Source: Gammaproteobacteria bacterium (lineage in GTDB: Bacteria > Pseudomonadota > Gammaproteobacteria > Poriferisulfidales > Oxydemutatoraceae). From it: a stretch of 38,075 nucleotides of DNA. Each line of letters starts with the position of its first letter. Position 1 is the first letter of the stretch. Shown piece after piece: positions 27,480-38,075 of the stretch. The stretch covers positions 1 to 38,075 of the forward strand of contig RKSI01000028.1 of assembly GCA_007570905.1 (NCBI GenBank), given 5' to 3'. The position numbers and the translations under genes are program-made. Below the pieces are notes generated by a model. That model was not told the origin of the DNA, did not search any database, and saw only the letters and a program-made list of their open reading frames with translations.

Positions 27480-27531
27480 GTCGGCGCTCCGCTCAGGTTT
27501 CAGGTTTCGTGTTCCCGGCCCGTGTCCGGGT

Positions 27532-29418
27532 TCACAGGGATTCGGTCAACTTCTGCAATTCGTCCCTGTCCAGCCTCACTTCAAACACATCGCGCAGGCT
27601 TTCCAGCACGGCCTGCGTCTCGCGCCCGGCGAACGACAGCGGCTCCGGCTCCAGTTCGTCGCCTTGGCGCACCGCCGACACCTCGACGATGGCCGGCTCG
27701 CCGCCGTCCTGCGCGGCGGCATAAACCGGCGGCCCGGCGGCGGGCGCGTCCGTCACAAAGGCAACCTTGACGACATCGGCTGGCAGTTCGCTGTCGTAGC
27801 GGTTGATATAGCCGGCGTCCACGACTTCAAACGCGCCGTCGCCCGTCAATTCGTCCAGCGTCCTGGCGCCGGTTCGCAGCAGGTTCAGCCACTCCTGGTG
27901 ACGCCGGCGCGCGGCCTGAGCGGCGCGCCCGGCGACCAGCGCCGCGACGACATCTTCCTTCACTTCGTCAAACTTGAACTGCCTGGACGGCTGCCGCTCG
28001 TCAATGGAGAAAAACAGCGCGTGGCCGTGCTCCACCTCGACCATGCCGCTGTTCAGTTCCTCGCCTGCCAGCAGCCGCGTCAGCGCCACCTGCCTGGCCC
28101 GCGGCCACGCCAGCAACCCCTCCTCCTTGCCGGCGTCAAGCCACGGCGTCACCCGTATCGGAATGCCCGAATACGCCTGCGCCATGATGCGGAAAAACAA
28201 CTCGCCCTGCTCGTAGGAGATGCGGTTGATGTCGGTGACCAGCCCGGCGTATTGCTGCTCGGCGCGCTCGTATTTCAGCGCCTCTTCCAGTTCGTCGCGC
28301 ACCTCGTCAAATGTTCTTTCCTCGCGCGGCGTGATTTCTGCGAGTTGAAAGATACGGTAGCCGAATTCGCCTTCTACCGGCTCGCTGACCTCTCCCTCGG
28401 CAAGGCCGAAGACGGCGTCGCGGACGGCCTCGTCGGTGACATCGTCCTCCGACATCGGCGGCAATTCACCGCCGGATTCGGCGGTCAGCGCGTCGTCGGA
28501 ATATTCCCGCGCCAACCCGGCGAAGTCGGCGCCTGCGGCGATTTTGCCGCTGATTTCACGCAGGCGCGCAGCCATCTGCTCGTCGTCGCGCTGTTCGGCG
28601 GAAACGAGGATGTAGCGGGCGCGGCGTTGTTCCGGCGTCGCAAACTCGTCGCCGCGGGTGTCGTAGTATTCCCGCACCTGCTCTTCATTGACGGCTTGGT
28701 CGGAGACCAGGTCGTCCGTCTTGATTTCAATGTAGCGAAAGCGCACCTTCAGCGGCGACCGGTATTGATCCCTGTTCTGCTCGTAATACGCCTGCGCCTG
28801 TTCGTCGCCGACGCCGCCGGGTTCAAGAAAGTTGTCGGCGGTGACGGTCACATAGCGCACTTTGCGCTCCTGGCTGAACAACTTCTCGTACTGCTCGCGC
28901 TCGCTCTTGAGGACAAAACTCGACTCGCGTATCACCTCAAGAAACTGCGAGCGCTTCAACTGGCTGCGGTAGTTGTTCTCAAAGGCGGTCTTCGGTATGC
29001 GCTGCGACTGCAAGAACAGCGTGTACTGGCCGGGGTCGAAACGCCCGTCGTTCTGGAACTGCGGCAGTTCGGAAATCATCTTCGCCAGCGTCGCATCCGC
29101 CACCTCGTAGCGGTAGCGGTCGGCGGCCTGGCTCAGCAATTCCTGGCCGAGGCGGTCGCTGATGACCTGCGACAAAATGGCGTCGTCCGGCGGCATCGCG
29201 GCGCCCTGCGACCCGGCCTCGATGTCGCGCTTGCGCTGCGTGAAACTGCGCGCGATCTGGGCGCTGCTGATCTCTACATCGCCGATGGAAAGCGCCGTCG
29301 GCGCGTCGCTCCAGCCGAAATACTGTTGAATGCCCCACAGCGCGAAAGGTATCGCAATCAGCGTTACGATGGTGTAGGCGATCCAGCCGGTCGCCTTTTC
29401 CCTGATTTTCAGAAGCAT
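27532..29418 (-). CDS. ppiD: Periplasmic chaperone / peptidyl-prolyl isomerase PpiD
   Basis: It begins MLLKIREKATGWIAYTIVTLIAIPFALWGIQQYF (an N-terminal anchor like PpiD), is 628 aa, and sits at the lon-hupB-ppiD synteny position. Confidence 0.85.
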   Translation of the reverse strand: MLLKIREKATGWIAYTIVTLIAIPFALWGIQQYFGWSDAPTALSIGDVEISSAQIARSFTQRKRDIEAGSQGAAMPPDDAILSQVISDRLGQELLSQAADRYRYEVADATLAKMISELPQFQNDGRFDPGQYTLFLQSQRIPKTAFENNYRSQLKRSQFLEVIRESSFVLKSEREQYEKLFSQERKVRYVTVTADNFLEPGGVGDEQAQAYYEQNRDQYRSPLKVRFRYIEIKTDDLVSDQAVNEEQVREYYDTRGDEFATPEQRRARYILVSAEQRDDEQMAARLREISGKIAAGADFAGLAREYSDDALTAESGGELPPMSEDDVTDEAVRDAVFGLAEGEVSEPVEGEFGYRIFQLAEITPREERTFDEVRDELEEALKYERAEQQYAGLVTDINRISYEQGELFFRIMAQAYSGIPIRVTPWLDAGKEEGLLAWPRARQVALTRLLAGEELNSGMVEVEHGHALFFSIDERQPSRQFKFDEVKEDVVAALVAGRAAQAARRRHQEWLNLLRTGARTLDELTGDGAFEVVDAGYINRYDSELPADVVKVAFVTDAPAAGPPVYAAAQDGGEPAIVEVSAVRQGDELEPEPLSFAGRETQAVLESLRDVFEVRLDRDELQKLTESL

Positions 29419-29444
29419 CTTCGGTGACGGAAAAAATTCTGCGG

Positions 29445-29479
29445 AAAAAACAATGGGGGCAGTGCGACCGCCCCCATTG
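29445..29479 (-). terminator. Rho-independent terminator after tRNA-Asp (hupB-tRNA transcription unit)
   Basis: A perfect 10-bp stem CAATGGGGGC/GCCCCCATTG with a 9-nt loop is followed on the minus strand by U6. It ends 26 nt upstream of the ppiD start codon. Confidence 0.65.
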
Positions 29480-29524
29480 CAAAAATCAGACTACCGGCCA
29501 TTGCCACGGAAACCGCGAAACCGG

Positions 29525-29601
29525 TGGCGGAGTGGACGGGACTCGAACCCGCGACCCCCGGCGTGACAGGCCGGTATTCTAACCAACTGAACTACCACTC
29601 C
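29525..29601 (-). tRNA. tRNA-Asp (anticodon GTC), CCA encoded
   Basis: The reverse complement GGAGTGGTAGTTCAGTTGGTTAGAATACCGGCCTGTCACGCCGGGGGTCGCGGGTTCGAGTCCCGTCCACTCCGCCA is near-identical to the E. coli tRNA-Asp that I remember. Confidence 0.95.
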
Positions 29602-29610
29602 CCTGACCGA

Positions 29611-29683
29611 TGGGTGCTGAGGGACTTGAACCCCCGACTTCCGCCTTGTAAGGGCGGTGCTCTACCCGCTGAGCTAAGCACCC
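29611..29683 (-). tRNA. tRNA-Val (anticodon TAC), CCA not encoded
   Basis: The reverse complement GGGTGCTTAGCTCAGCGGGTAGAGCACCGCCCTTACAAGGCGGAAGTCGGGGGTTCAAGTCCCTCAGCACCCA folds as a cloverleaf with anticodon loop CTTACAA. The 3' flank is TCG rather than CCA. Confidence 0.92.
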
Positions 29684-29699
29684 CAAACCCGGCGGGGCG

Positions 29700-29972
29700 T
29701 CAGTTCAGCGACTCCTTCAGGCTCTTGCCGGCCTTGAAAGCGGGCACCCTGCTGGCGGCAATCTGGATGCTCTCGCCGGTGCGGGGATTCCGCCCGCTGC
29801 GGGCGCTGCGCTGACGGACCAGGAAAGTGCCAAAACCGACGACGGTTACCTGCTCTCCCTTCCGCAGACTGCGGGTTATACAGCCGACAAAGGCGTCCAC
29901 CGCACGCGATGCGTCCGCCTTGGACAAATCCGCATCATCCGCGACTGCTTCAATTAACTCAGATTTATTCAT
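29700..29972 (-). CDS. hupB: DNA-binding protein HU-beta
   Basis: MNKSELIEAVADDADLSKADASRAVDAFVGCITRSLRKGEQVTVVGFGTFLVRQRSARSGRNPRTGESIQIAASRVPAFKAGKSLKESLN is 90 aa with an AAGGAG RBS. Track ORF 29700..30074 is trimmed. Confidence 0.93.
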   Translation of the reverse strand: MNKSELIEAVADDADLSKADASRAVDAFVGCITRSLRKGEQVTVVGFGTFLVRQRSARSGRNPRTGESIQIAASRVPAFKAGKSLKESLN

Positions 29973-30205
29973 TATTCTTTGTTTCTCCTTGTTCTGGATA
30001 ATGAAAGTTACGTTTTTATGCCGCCGGTTACTTCCCCGTCGCCCAACGCCGCCTGAAACCAGGCGCCGCCGCACAACGCTTTCCGCTTGCGCAGGCAGTC
30101 AAAAGTCTTGCGGCGGGGGCAATTCTACAATAAAAAACGGCCCGGCAAGGGATTTGTGCCCCACAAGGCGCAGAGCGCCCCGCAGCAGGGCGCCCGGAGG
30201 CCGCA

Positions 30206-32668
<2,463 letters not shown>

Positions 32669-32708
32669 TGGGATTACCTCACAAAAAAAACAACGGGTTG
32701 TCCCCCCA

Positions 32709-32735
32709 TTATGGGGGCAATTCCGGCCATTGCAA
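32709..32735 (-). promoter_or_regulatory. Candidate sigma32-type heat-shock promoter for lon (TTGCAA-13-CCCCATAA)
   Basis: On the minus strand, TTGCAA lies at 32730-32735 and CCCCATAA at 32709-32716. This resembles the sigma32 consensus cTTGAAa-N13-15-CCCCATnT, about 40 nt upstream of the lon ATG. Confidence 0.4.
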
Positions 32736-32768
32736 TTGGCCGGCGAACTTCGGCGTCACACGGCCTTT

Positions 32769-32792
32769 TCAGACCGCCCCTCAGACCGCCAT

Positions 32793-32804
<12 letters not shown>
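32769..32804 (-). repeat. Three tandem 12-bp units (nnGGCGGTCTGA) spanning the clpX stop codon
   Basis: The minus strand reads AAGGCGGTCTGA ATGGCGGTCTGA GGGGCGGTCTGA. 10 of 12 positions are identical, and each unit ends in an in-frame TGA. The first TGA is the clpX stop. Confidence 0.85.
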
Positions 32805-34055
<1,251 letters not shown>

Positions 34056-34111
34056 GAAAACCCCCGGCCCGACGCCCTCAATAAAACACAAACGGCGGCG
34101 TTTGGCAAACC

Positions 34112-34720
34112 TCAGGACTCCCGGTGCAGCAGGATTTTGTCCACAATGCCGTAGTCACGGGCTTCCTGCGAATCCATGAAACGGTCGCGCTCGGTGTCGC
34201 GGGCGATGCGCGCGGCGTCCTGGCCGGTGTGCCCGGCGAGGATGCGGTTGAGTTGGTCGCGCGCCTTCAGGATTTCCCTGGCGTGGATGTCCACATCGGT
34301 GGCCTGCCCCTGAAAGCCGCCGAGCGGCTGGTGAATCAGGATTTTGGAGTGGGGCAGCGCATGGCGCTTGCCGTGTGCGCCGCCGGCCAGCAGCAGCGCG
34401 CCCATGCTCGCCGCCTGGCCGACGCACAGCGTGCTGACATCGGGTTTTGCGAACTGCATCGTGTCATAAATGGCAAGCCCCGCCGACACCGAGCCGCCGG
34501 GGGAGTTGATGTACAGCGAGATGTCCTTTTCCGGGTTCTCGGACTCGAGGAAAAGAATCTGCGCGATGACAAGGTTCGCCATCTGGTCTTCAATGGCGCC
34601 GACGACGAACACGACGCGCTCTTTCAGCAGGCGCGAGTAGATGTCATATGAACGCTCGCCGCGCGAGGTCTGCTCGACGACGATGGGAACCAGGGCGGCG
34701 GCGGGTTCACTGCGCGGCAT
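34112..34720 (-). CDS. clpP: ATP-dependent Clp protease proteolytic subunit ClpP
   Basis: The start is at [38 protein letters not shown]. The catalytic [11 protein letters not shown] (Ser) and HQPLGG (His) blocks are present. It overlaps the tig 3' end by 14 nt. Confidence 0.95.
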   Translation of the reverse strand: MPRSEPAAALVPIVVEQTSRGERSYDIYSRLLKERVVFVVGAIEDQMANLVIAQILFLESENPEKDISLYINSPGGSVSAGLAIYDTMQFAKPDVSTLCVGQAASMGALLLAGGAHGKRHALPHSKILIHQPLGGFQGQATDVDIHAREILKARDQLNRILAGHTGQDAARIARDTERDRFMDSQEARDYGIVDKILLHRES

Positions 34721-36083
34721 CGGCGGTTTTCTCCTGGCCGGGGTGAACGATTTCATCGAAGGAGCGGGGTTTTTCATCGACCTGCGCCGTTTCAAGCACC
34801 CGCGCCACGACCTGGTCCTCTACCGCAAGAGCCTCGACGGCGCGGCGCATCCGCTCGTTGGCGCGGTAATGGTTCTTGACGCTTTCGGGGTCTTCGTACG
34901 AGGCCGCCAGTTTGTCCAGGCGCGCCTCAAACGACGCGCGGTCGGCGCGGATGTCGTGCTGTTCGGCGTAGCGGTGCAGCAGCAGGCCGAGGCGCACGCG
35001 GCGCAGCGCCTCGTCGCGGAACAGGTCCGCCGGCAGGTTCGCGGCGTCTTCTTCCGCCATCCGGAAGCGGCTCGCCGCCTCCTTGCGCAGCGTGCCGATT
35101 TCATGCTCAACCATCACCGCGGGCACCTCAAACCGGTTGTGTTCCAGCAGCGCGGCCATCACGCGCTGTTTCAGCAGTTGCGCGAGGCGCGCGCGCAATT
35201 CGTTTTCCATGCCTTCGCGCAGCATCGCGCGCAACCCGTCCAGGCCGCCTGACTCGACGCCGCAGGCGCTGAAAAACGCGTCGTCCAGCGCCGGCACGAC
35301 GGGTTCCGCGACCGCGCGCACGGTCACATCGCGCTGCGTCTCGCCGCCGTCGCCGCCGGCCATCCGCACGCGGCGGGTCTCGCCGGCGCACACGCCGGCA
35401 AGGTCTTCGTTGAATGCGGGCGGGACGCCGGGCGCGCCCAGTTCCACCGTGACTTCCTGCGGGCGGTCGGACGCCGCGCCCTGCCGGGCGTCATCGGCGG
35501 CGTGCCGGCCACTCTCGCCGCCCCCGGCGCCTTCGCCGCCCCCGCCGACGTCTTCATCCGTGTCATCACCGGCGCGGCCAAAATCCAGCGTCAGGCGGTC
35601 GCCGGCGCGCGCCGGGCGTGAAACCGCCTGCCAGTCGGCGCGGTTTTTGCGGACGCGCTCCACCATGTTGTCCACATCCGCTTCGGTGACCGCGGCCACC
35701 GGCTTTTCAATCACGGCGCCGTCCATCGCCGCCGCCTCAAACTCCGGATACACCTCAATGCTGGCGGTGAACTCCAGGTCGCGGCCCGGCTCCGCGCGGA
35801 CTTCCTCAAAACGCGGGTAGCCCGCCGGTTTCAGCAATTCCTTTTGCAGCACCTCGGTGTAATTGGATTGCATCAAATCGCTTGCGACCTCGCTGAAAAC
35901 TTTTTTGCCGAAACGCTGCTCGACAATTCGCAGCGGCGCCTTGCCGGGGCGAAAGCCGTCGAGGCGCACGCTCTTGCACAACTGGCGCAGGCGCTTGTCA
36001 ACCTGCCCGCGCACATCCGCGGCGGCGACCCGGATGCGCAGTTTGCGCCCGAGAGGCCCCGCCGTTTCAACCGAGAAATCCAT
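34707..36083 (-). CDS. tig: Trigger factor
   Basis: [24 protein letters not shown]...[18 protein letters not shown] carries the ribosome-binding GFRxGxxP signature. The gene is upstream of clpP. The alternative TTG start at 36092 is the one the track used. Confidence 0.9.
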   Translation of the reverse strand: MDFSVETAGPLGRKLRIRVAAADVRGQVDKRLRQLCKSVRLDGFRPGKAPLRIVEQRFGKKVFSEVASDLMQSNYTEVLQKELLKPAGYPRFEEVRAEPGRDLEFTASIEVYPEFEAAAMDGAVIEKPVAAVTEADVDNMVERVRKNRADWQAVSRPARAGDRLTLDFGRAGDDTDEDVGGGGEGAGGGESGRHAADDARQGAASDRPQEVTVELGAPGVPPAFNEDLAGVCAGETRRVRMAGGDGGETQRDVTVRAVAEPVVPALDDAFFSACGVESGGLDGLRAMLREGMENELRARLAQLLKQRVMAALLEHNRFEVPAVMVEHEIGTLRKEAASRFRMAEEDAANLPADLFRDEALRRVRLGLLLHRYAEQHDIRADRASFEARLDKLAASYEDPESVKNHYRANERMRRAVEALAVEDQVVARVLETAQVDEKPRSFDEIVHPGQEKTADAAQ

Positions 36084-36177
36084 CAATGCCAATCATGGTT
36101 GCGCCGCGGCGCAAATCCTGCCGCGCGCGCCGCAGGGGATTATAACCCCGAACGCGCGCGCCATCCGCGCGCGGCGA

Positions 36178-36267
36178 TGGTGCGAAAGGAGAGATTCGAA
36201 CTCTCACAGGGATTTGTTCCCCACCGGCTCCTAAAGCCGGCGCGTCTGCCGGTTCCGCCACTTTCGC
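36178..36267 (-). tRNA. tRNA-Leu (anticodon TAG), long variable arm, CCA encoded
   Basis: The reverse complement is GCGAAAGTGGCGGAACCGGCAGACGCGCCGGCTTTAGGAGCCGGTGGGGAACAAATCCCTGTGAGAGTTCGAATCTCTCCTTTCGCACCA. It has a 7-bp acceptor stem, an anticodon stem CCGGC/GCCGG with loop TTTAGGA, and a GTTCGAATC T-loop. Confidence 0.9.
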
Positions 36268-36278
36268 ACGCCGCAAAC

Positions 36279-36284
36279 ATTATA
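36279..36284 (-). promoter_or_regulatory. Possible -10 box (TATAAT) for tRNA-Leu
   Basis: A consensus TATAAT on the minus strand ends 11 nt upstream of the tRNA 5' end. No convincing -35 was found. Confidence 0.3.
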
Positions 36285-36296
36285 AAGCCCGGCGCC

Positions 36297-36611
36297 TCAG
36301 CGCGGCGCCTGCTGCATGATTCTGGCCCTGTACTGCCGCCAGTTGGCGCCCATCAGGCGCAGGCCGTCGCCGTCGGCGGCGTAGCGGCGGCGGTTCAGGC
36401 GGTAGGCGATATAAGGAATCTTGTAAAACACCAGGGCCAGAAACATGATGGCGAGGCCGACGCCGGGCTTGTGCTCGTCCAGCAGCGGCACGCCGCCGCG
36501 CCACAGCAGCACCCCGGCCAGGCACACCGCGGCGGCCAGCGCCACCGTCAGCAGACGGTTGTAGCGGTCGTGGGAGCGCTTGATTTGCGCCAGCAGTTCA
36601 ATGGTTTCCAT
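36297..36611 (-). CDS. Hypothetical small membrane protein (104 aa, 2 predicted TM)
   Basis: METIELLAQIKRSHDRYNRLLTVALAAAVCLAGVLLW...GLAIMFLALVFYKIPYIAY has two hydrophobic helices. No family is recognised. Confidence 0.45.
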   Translation of the reverse strand: METIELLAQIKRSHDRYNRLLTVALAAAVCLAGVLLWRGGVPLLDEHKPGVGLAIMFLALVFYKIPYIAYRLNRRRYAADGDGLRLMGANWRQYRARIMQQAPR

Positions 36612-36713
36612 CGCCGCCCGCCGCCGCCGCGCCGCCGCCCTCCAGCGGCGCGAAATTCCGGTTGTTTTGCGTCATTGCCGGCATGGATAGTACAACATCA
36701 TGCTATGCTGTGC

Positions 36714-37066
36714 GCGAGTCGGCCGGACGGTCGCTGTGATTGCACAGAGGAAAGTCCGGGCTTCACAGGGCAGGGCGCCAGGTAACGCCTGGAAGGCGCG
36801 AGCCTATGGAAAGTGCCACAGAAAATACACCGCCGCGCCCGCGGGCGCGGTAAGGGTGAAAAGGTGCGGTAAGAGCGCACCGCGCCGGTGGCAACACCGG
36901 CGGCAGGGTAAACCCCGCCTGAAGCAAGGTTGAATAGGGAGGCAAGCGCGTTGCGCGTCACACGGCCCGTGTGCGCTTCCGGGTAAACCGCAAGAGGCGC
37001 ATGGCGACATGCGTCCCAGATGAATGACCGTTCACGACAGAACCCGGCTTACAGGCCGACTCACCC
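36714..37066 (+). ncRNA. rnpB: RNase P RNA, bacterial type A (ends approximate, +/- 5 nt)
   Basis: Universal blocks are present: GAGGAAAGTCCGGGCT, CAGGGCGCCAGGTAACGCCTGG, ACAGAAAATACACCGCC, GGTAAGGGTGAAAAGGTGCGGTAAGAGCGCACCGC and AGATGAATGACCGTTCACGACAGAACCCGGCTTAC. P1 pairs GAGTCGGCC (36716-36724) with GGCCGACTC (37054-37062). Confidence 0.92.
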
Positions 37067-37148
37067 GAACCGAAGTCCGGTATAATCCGGCGACAACGCG
37101 GGCGGCGCAAAACCGCCCTTCAACGCAACTCAAAAAAGGAGAAACATC

Positions 37149-37436
37149 ATGTCCAGAAACAAGACCTTCACCTCGACGCTCGCCGGAGTCCTGGCGCTCG
37201 GCGCGGGCGCTTTCGCCACCCAGGCGGCGGCGGTTCCCGACGCGCCGAAGATGTGGGAGAAATGCGCCGGCATCGCCAAGAAAGGCATGAACGACTGCGG
37301 CTCGCTTGACGGCAAGCACGGCTGCGCCGGGCAGGCCGCGATGGACAACGACAAAAACGAGTGGGTCTATGTGCCCGAAGGCACCTGCGCGAAAATCGCC
37401 GGGGGCGAGGTCGTCGCGACCAGGCCGGCGAAGTAA
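37149..37436 (+). CDS. DUF2282-type Sec-exported four-Cys peptide (bufferin/HvfA-like RiPP precursor)
   Basis: A strong RBS AAAGGAG precedes the start. It has a signal peptide [28 protein letters not shown]. The mature domain carries Cys in EKCAG, NDCGS, HGCAG and EGTCAK contexts plus [11 protein letters not shown], the DUF2282 pattern. A DUF692 gene follows directly. Confidence 0.8.
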   Translation: MSRNKTFTSTLAGVLALGAGAFATQAAAVPDAPKMWEKCAGIAKKGMNDCGSLDGKHGCAGQAAMDNDKNEWVYVPEGTCAKIAGGEVVATRPAK

Positions 37437-37445
37437 TTCGCTCGC

Positions 37446-37483
37446 GGCCCGGGCGCCCTCGCCTTGCGGCGGCGCCGCGGGCC
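37446..37483 (+). promoter_or_regulatory. GC-rich stem-loop between precursor and enzyme genes (possible attenuator/processing site)
   Basis: GGCCCGGGCGCC (37446-37457) pairs with GGCGCCGCGGGCC (37471-37483), with a one-base bulge and a 13-nt loop. There is no U-run. Confidence 0.4.
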
Positions 37484-37499
37484 AATCCGGCATCCGGCA

Positions 37500-38075
37500 T
37501 TGAAAGGGGAAATTAACGGCGTCGGCATCGGCCTGCGCTCGCCTCATGTCGCCGAGATTGCGCGCGGGCGGCGCGATGTCGGCTGGCTGGAAATTCTGGC
37601 AGACAACTATCTCGCGGAAGGCGGGCGCTGCCGCCGCGACCTTGAAAGGGTGCGCGAAAACCACGCCTGCACCTTCCACTGCGTCGGCATGTCGGTCGGT
37701 TCCGCCGACGAACTCAACGACGGCTATCTCGGCCAGATCAAGGAGTTGGCCGACCGCTACCAGCCGGCGTGGGTCTCCGACCACCTGTGCTTTGTGTCGG
37801 CGTGCGGCGAGTACCAGCACGACCTGCTGCCGCTGCCGCGCACCGAAGAGGCGGTGCGCCACGCCGCCGAACGCATCGGGCGGATACAGGAACGCCTGCG
37901 GCGGCGCATACTGATAGAGAACATCTCGTGCTATCTGGATTTCGGCCACTCAATGATGAGCGAGGCGGAATTCGTCAACGCCGTTTGCGAGCGCGCCGAC
38001 TGCGGCCTGCTGCTGGACATCAACAACCTTTATGTCAACCAGGTCAATCTCGGCGCCGACGCGCGCGATTTTCTG
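37500..38075 (+). CDS. DUF692/UPF0276 family enzyme (MbnB/HvfB-like multinuclear non-heme iron oxidase), 5' part, runs off window
   Basis: Hand translation of the frame containing 37518 gives (TTG)KGEINGVGIGLRSPHVAEIARGRRDVGWLEILADNYL...TFHCVGMSVGSADEL...PAWVSDHLCF...HDLLPLPRTEEAV...RILIENISCYLDF...CGLLLDINNLYVNQVNLGADARDFL. The frame has no stop to the window end, so it is absent from the track. The start is assumed to be TTG at 37500, which is uncertain. Confidence 0.85.
   Translation, partial: MKGEINGVGIGLRSPHVAEIARGRRDVGWLEILADNYLAEGGRCRRDLERVRENHACTFHCVGMSVGSADELNDGYLGQIKELADRYQPAWVSDHLCFVSACGEYQHDLLPLPRTEEAVRHAAERIGRIQERLRRRILIENISCYLDFGHSMMSEAEFVNAVCERADCGLLLDINNLYVNQVNLGADARDFL

Noticed and set aside
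29441-29510. A possible shared REP-like element upstream of ppiD and lon. Both have an A-run, CAA, a CCCCCATT hairpin, TTGCAAT and the 11-mer CCGGCCATTGC. This also raised the idea of a sigma32 promoter for ppiD.
   Set aside because: The 11-mer also occurs inside a coding region (15984-15994), so it is not significant in GC-rich DNA. For ppiD the TTGCAA to CCCCAT spacing is 18 nt, too long for sigma32. The hairpin plus U6 is adequately explained as the tRNA operon terminator.
29524-29814. A 96-aa plus-strand ORF.
   Set aside because: It runs antisense through tRNA-Asp, tRNA-Val and the 3' end of hupB, so it is spurious.
36698-37010. Several 60-90-aa ORFs on both strands (36698..36961, 36700..36933, 36763..36945, 36804..37010).
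   Set aside because: They overlap the RNase P RNA gene, whose conserved blocks explain the sequence. The ORFs have no RBS and no protein-like composition.

Overview
This is a GC-rich bacterial chromosomal segment with gammaproteobacterial-type core synteny: tig-clpP-clpX-lon-hupB-tRNAVal-tRNAAsp-ppiD, holA-proA-nadD-rsfS, and YafS-like methyltransferase-rnhA-dnaQ. Almost all genes are on the minus strand.

Left end: a methylotrophy island. pqqABCDE lies directly downstream of a xoxF-xoxG-xoxJ operon; xoxF is a lanthanide-type PQQ methanol dehydrogenase. pqqA has 27 codons and is absent from the ORF track, and pqqE runs off the window. The xox operon continues through ATGA-coupled overlaps into a CXXCW rhodanese-like protein and two unknown secreted proteins.

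Middle: a YejABEF-like peptide ABC importer.

Two RiPP/bacteriocin-type loci stand out:
(i) 24441-24959 is a self-contained gene with a near-consensus promoter and a strong terminator. It encodes an NHLP-like leader ending in a textbook double-glycine site (LTDEQLAKISGG), fused to a 78-aa Gly/Ala/Val/Thr-rich hydrophobic core. No maturation or export genes are nearby.
(ii) 37149-38075 is a Sec-signal four-Cys DUF2282 peptide followed by a DUF692/MNIO enzyme gene, i.e. a bufferin/HvfAB-like metallophore RiPP locus. The enzyme gene probably starts at TTG, is cut by the window end, and is absent from the ORF track.

RNA genes: tRNA-Asp(GTC), tRNA-Val(TAC), tRNA-Leu(TAG) and RNase P RNA. No CRISPR array, IS element or phage feature was seen. 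Many long plus-strand ORFs in the track are GC-driven antisense artefacts. All calls rest on motifs and synteny read from the sequence; no database search was possible.
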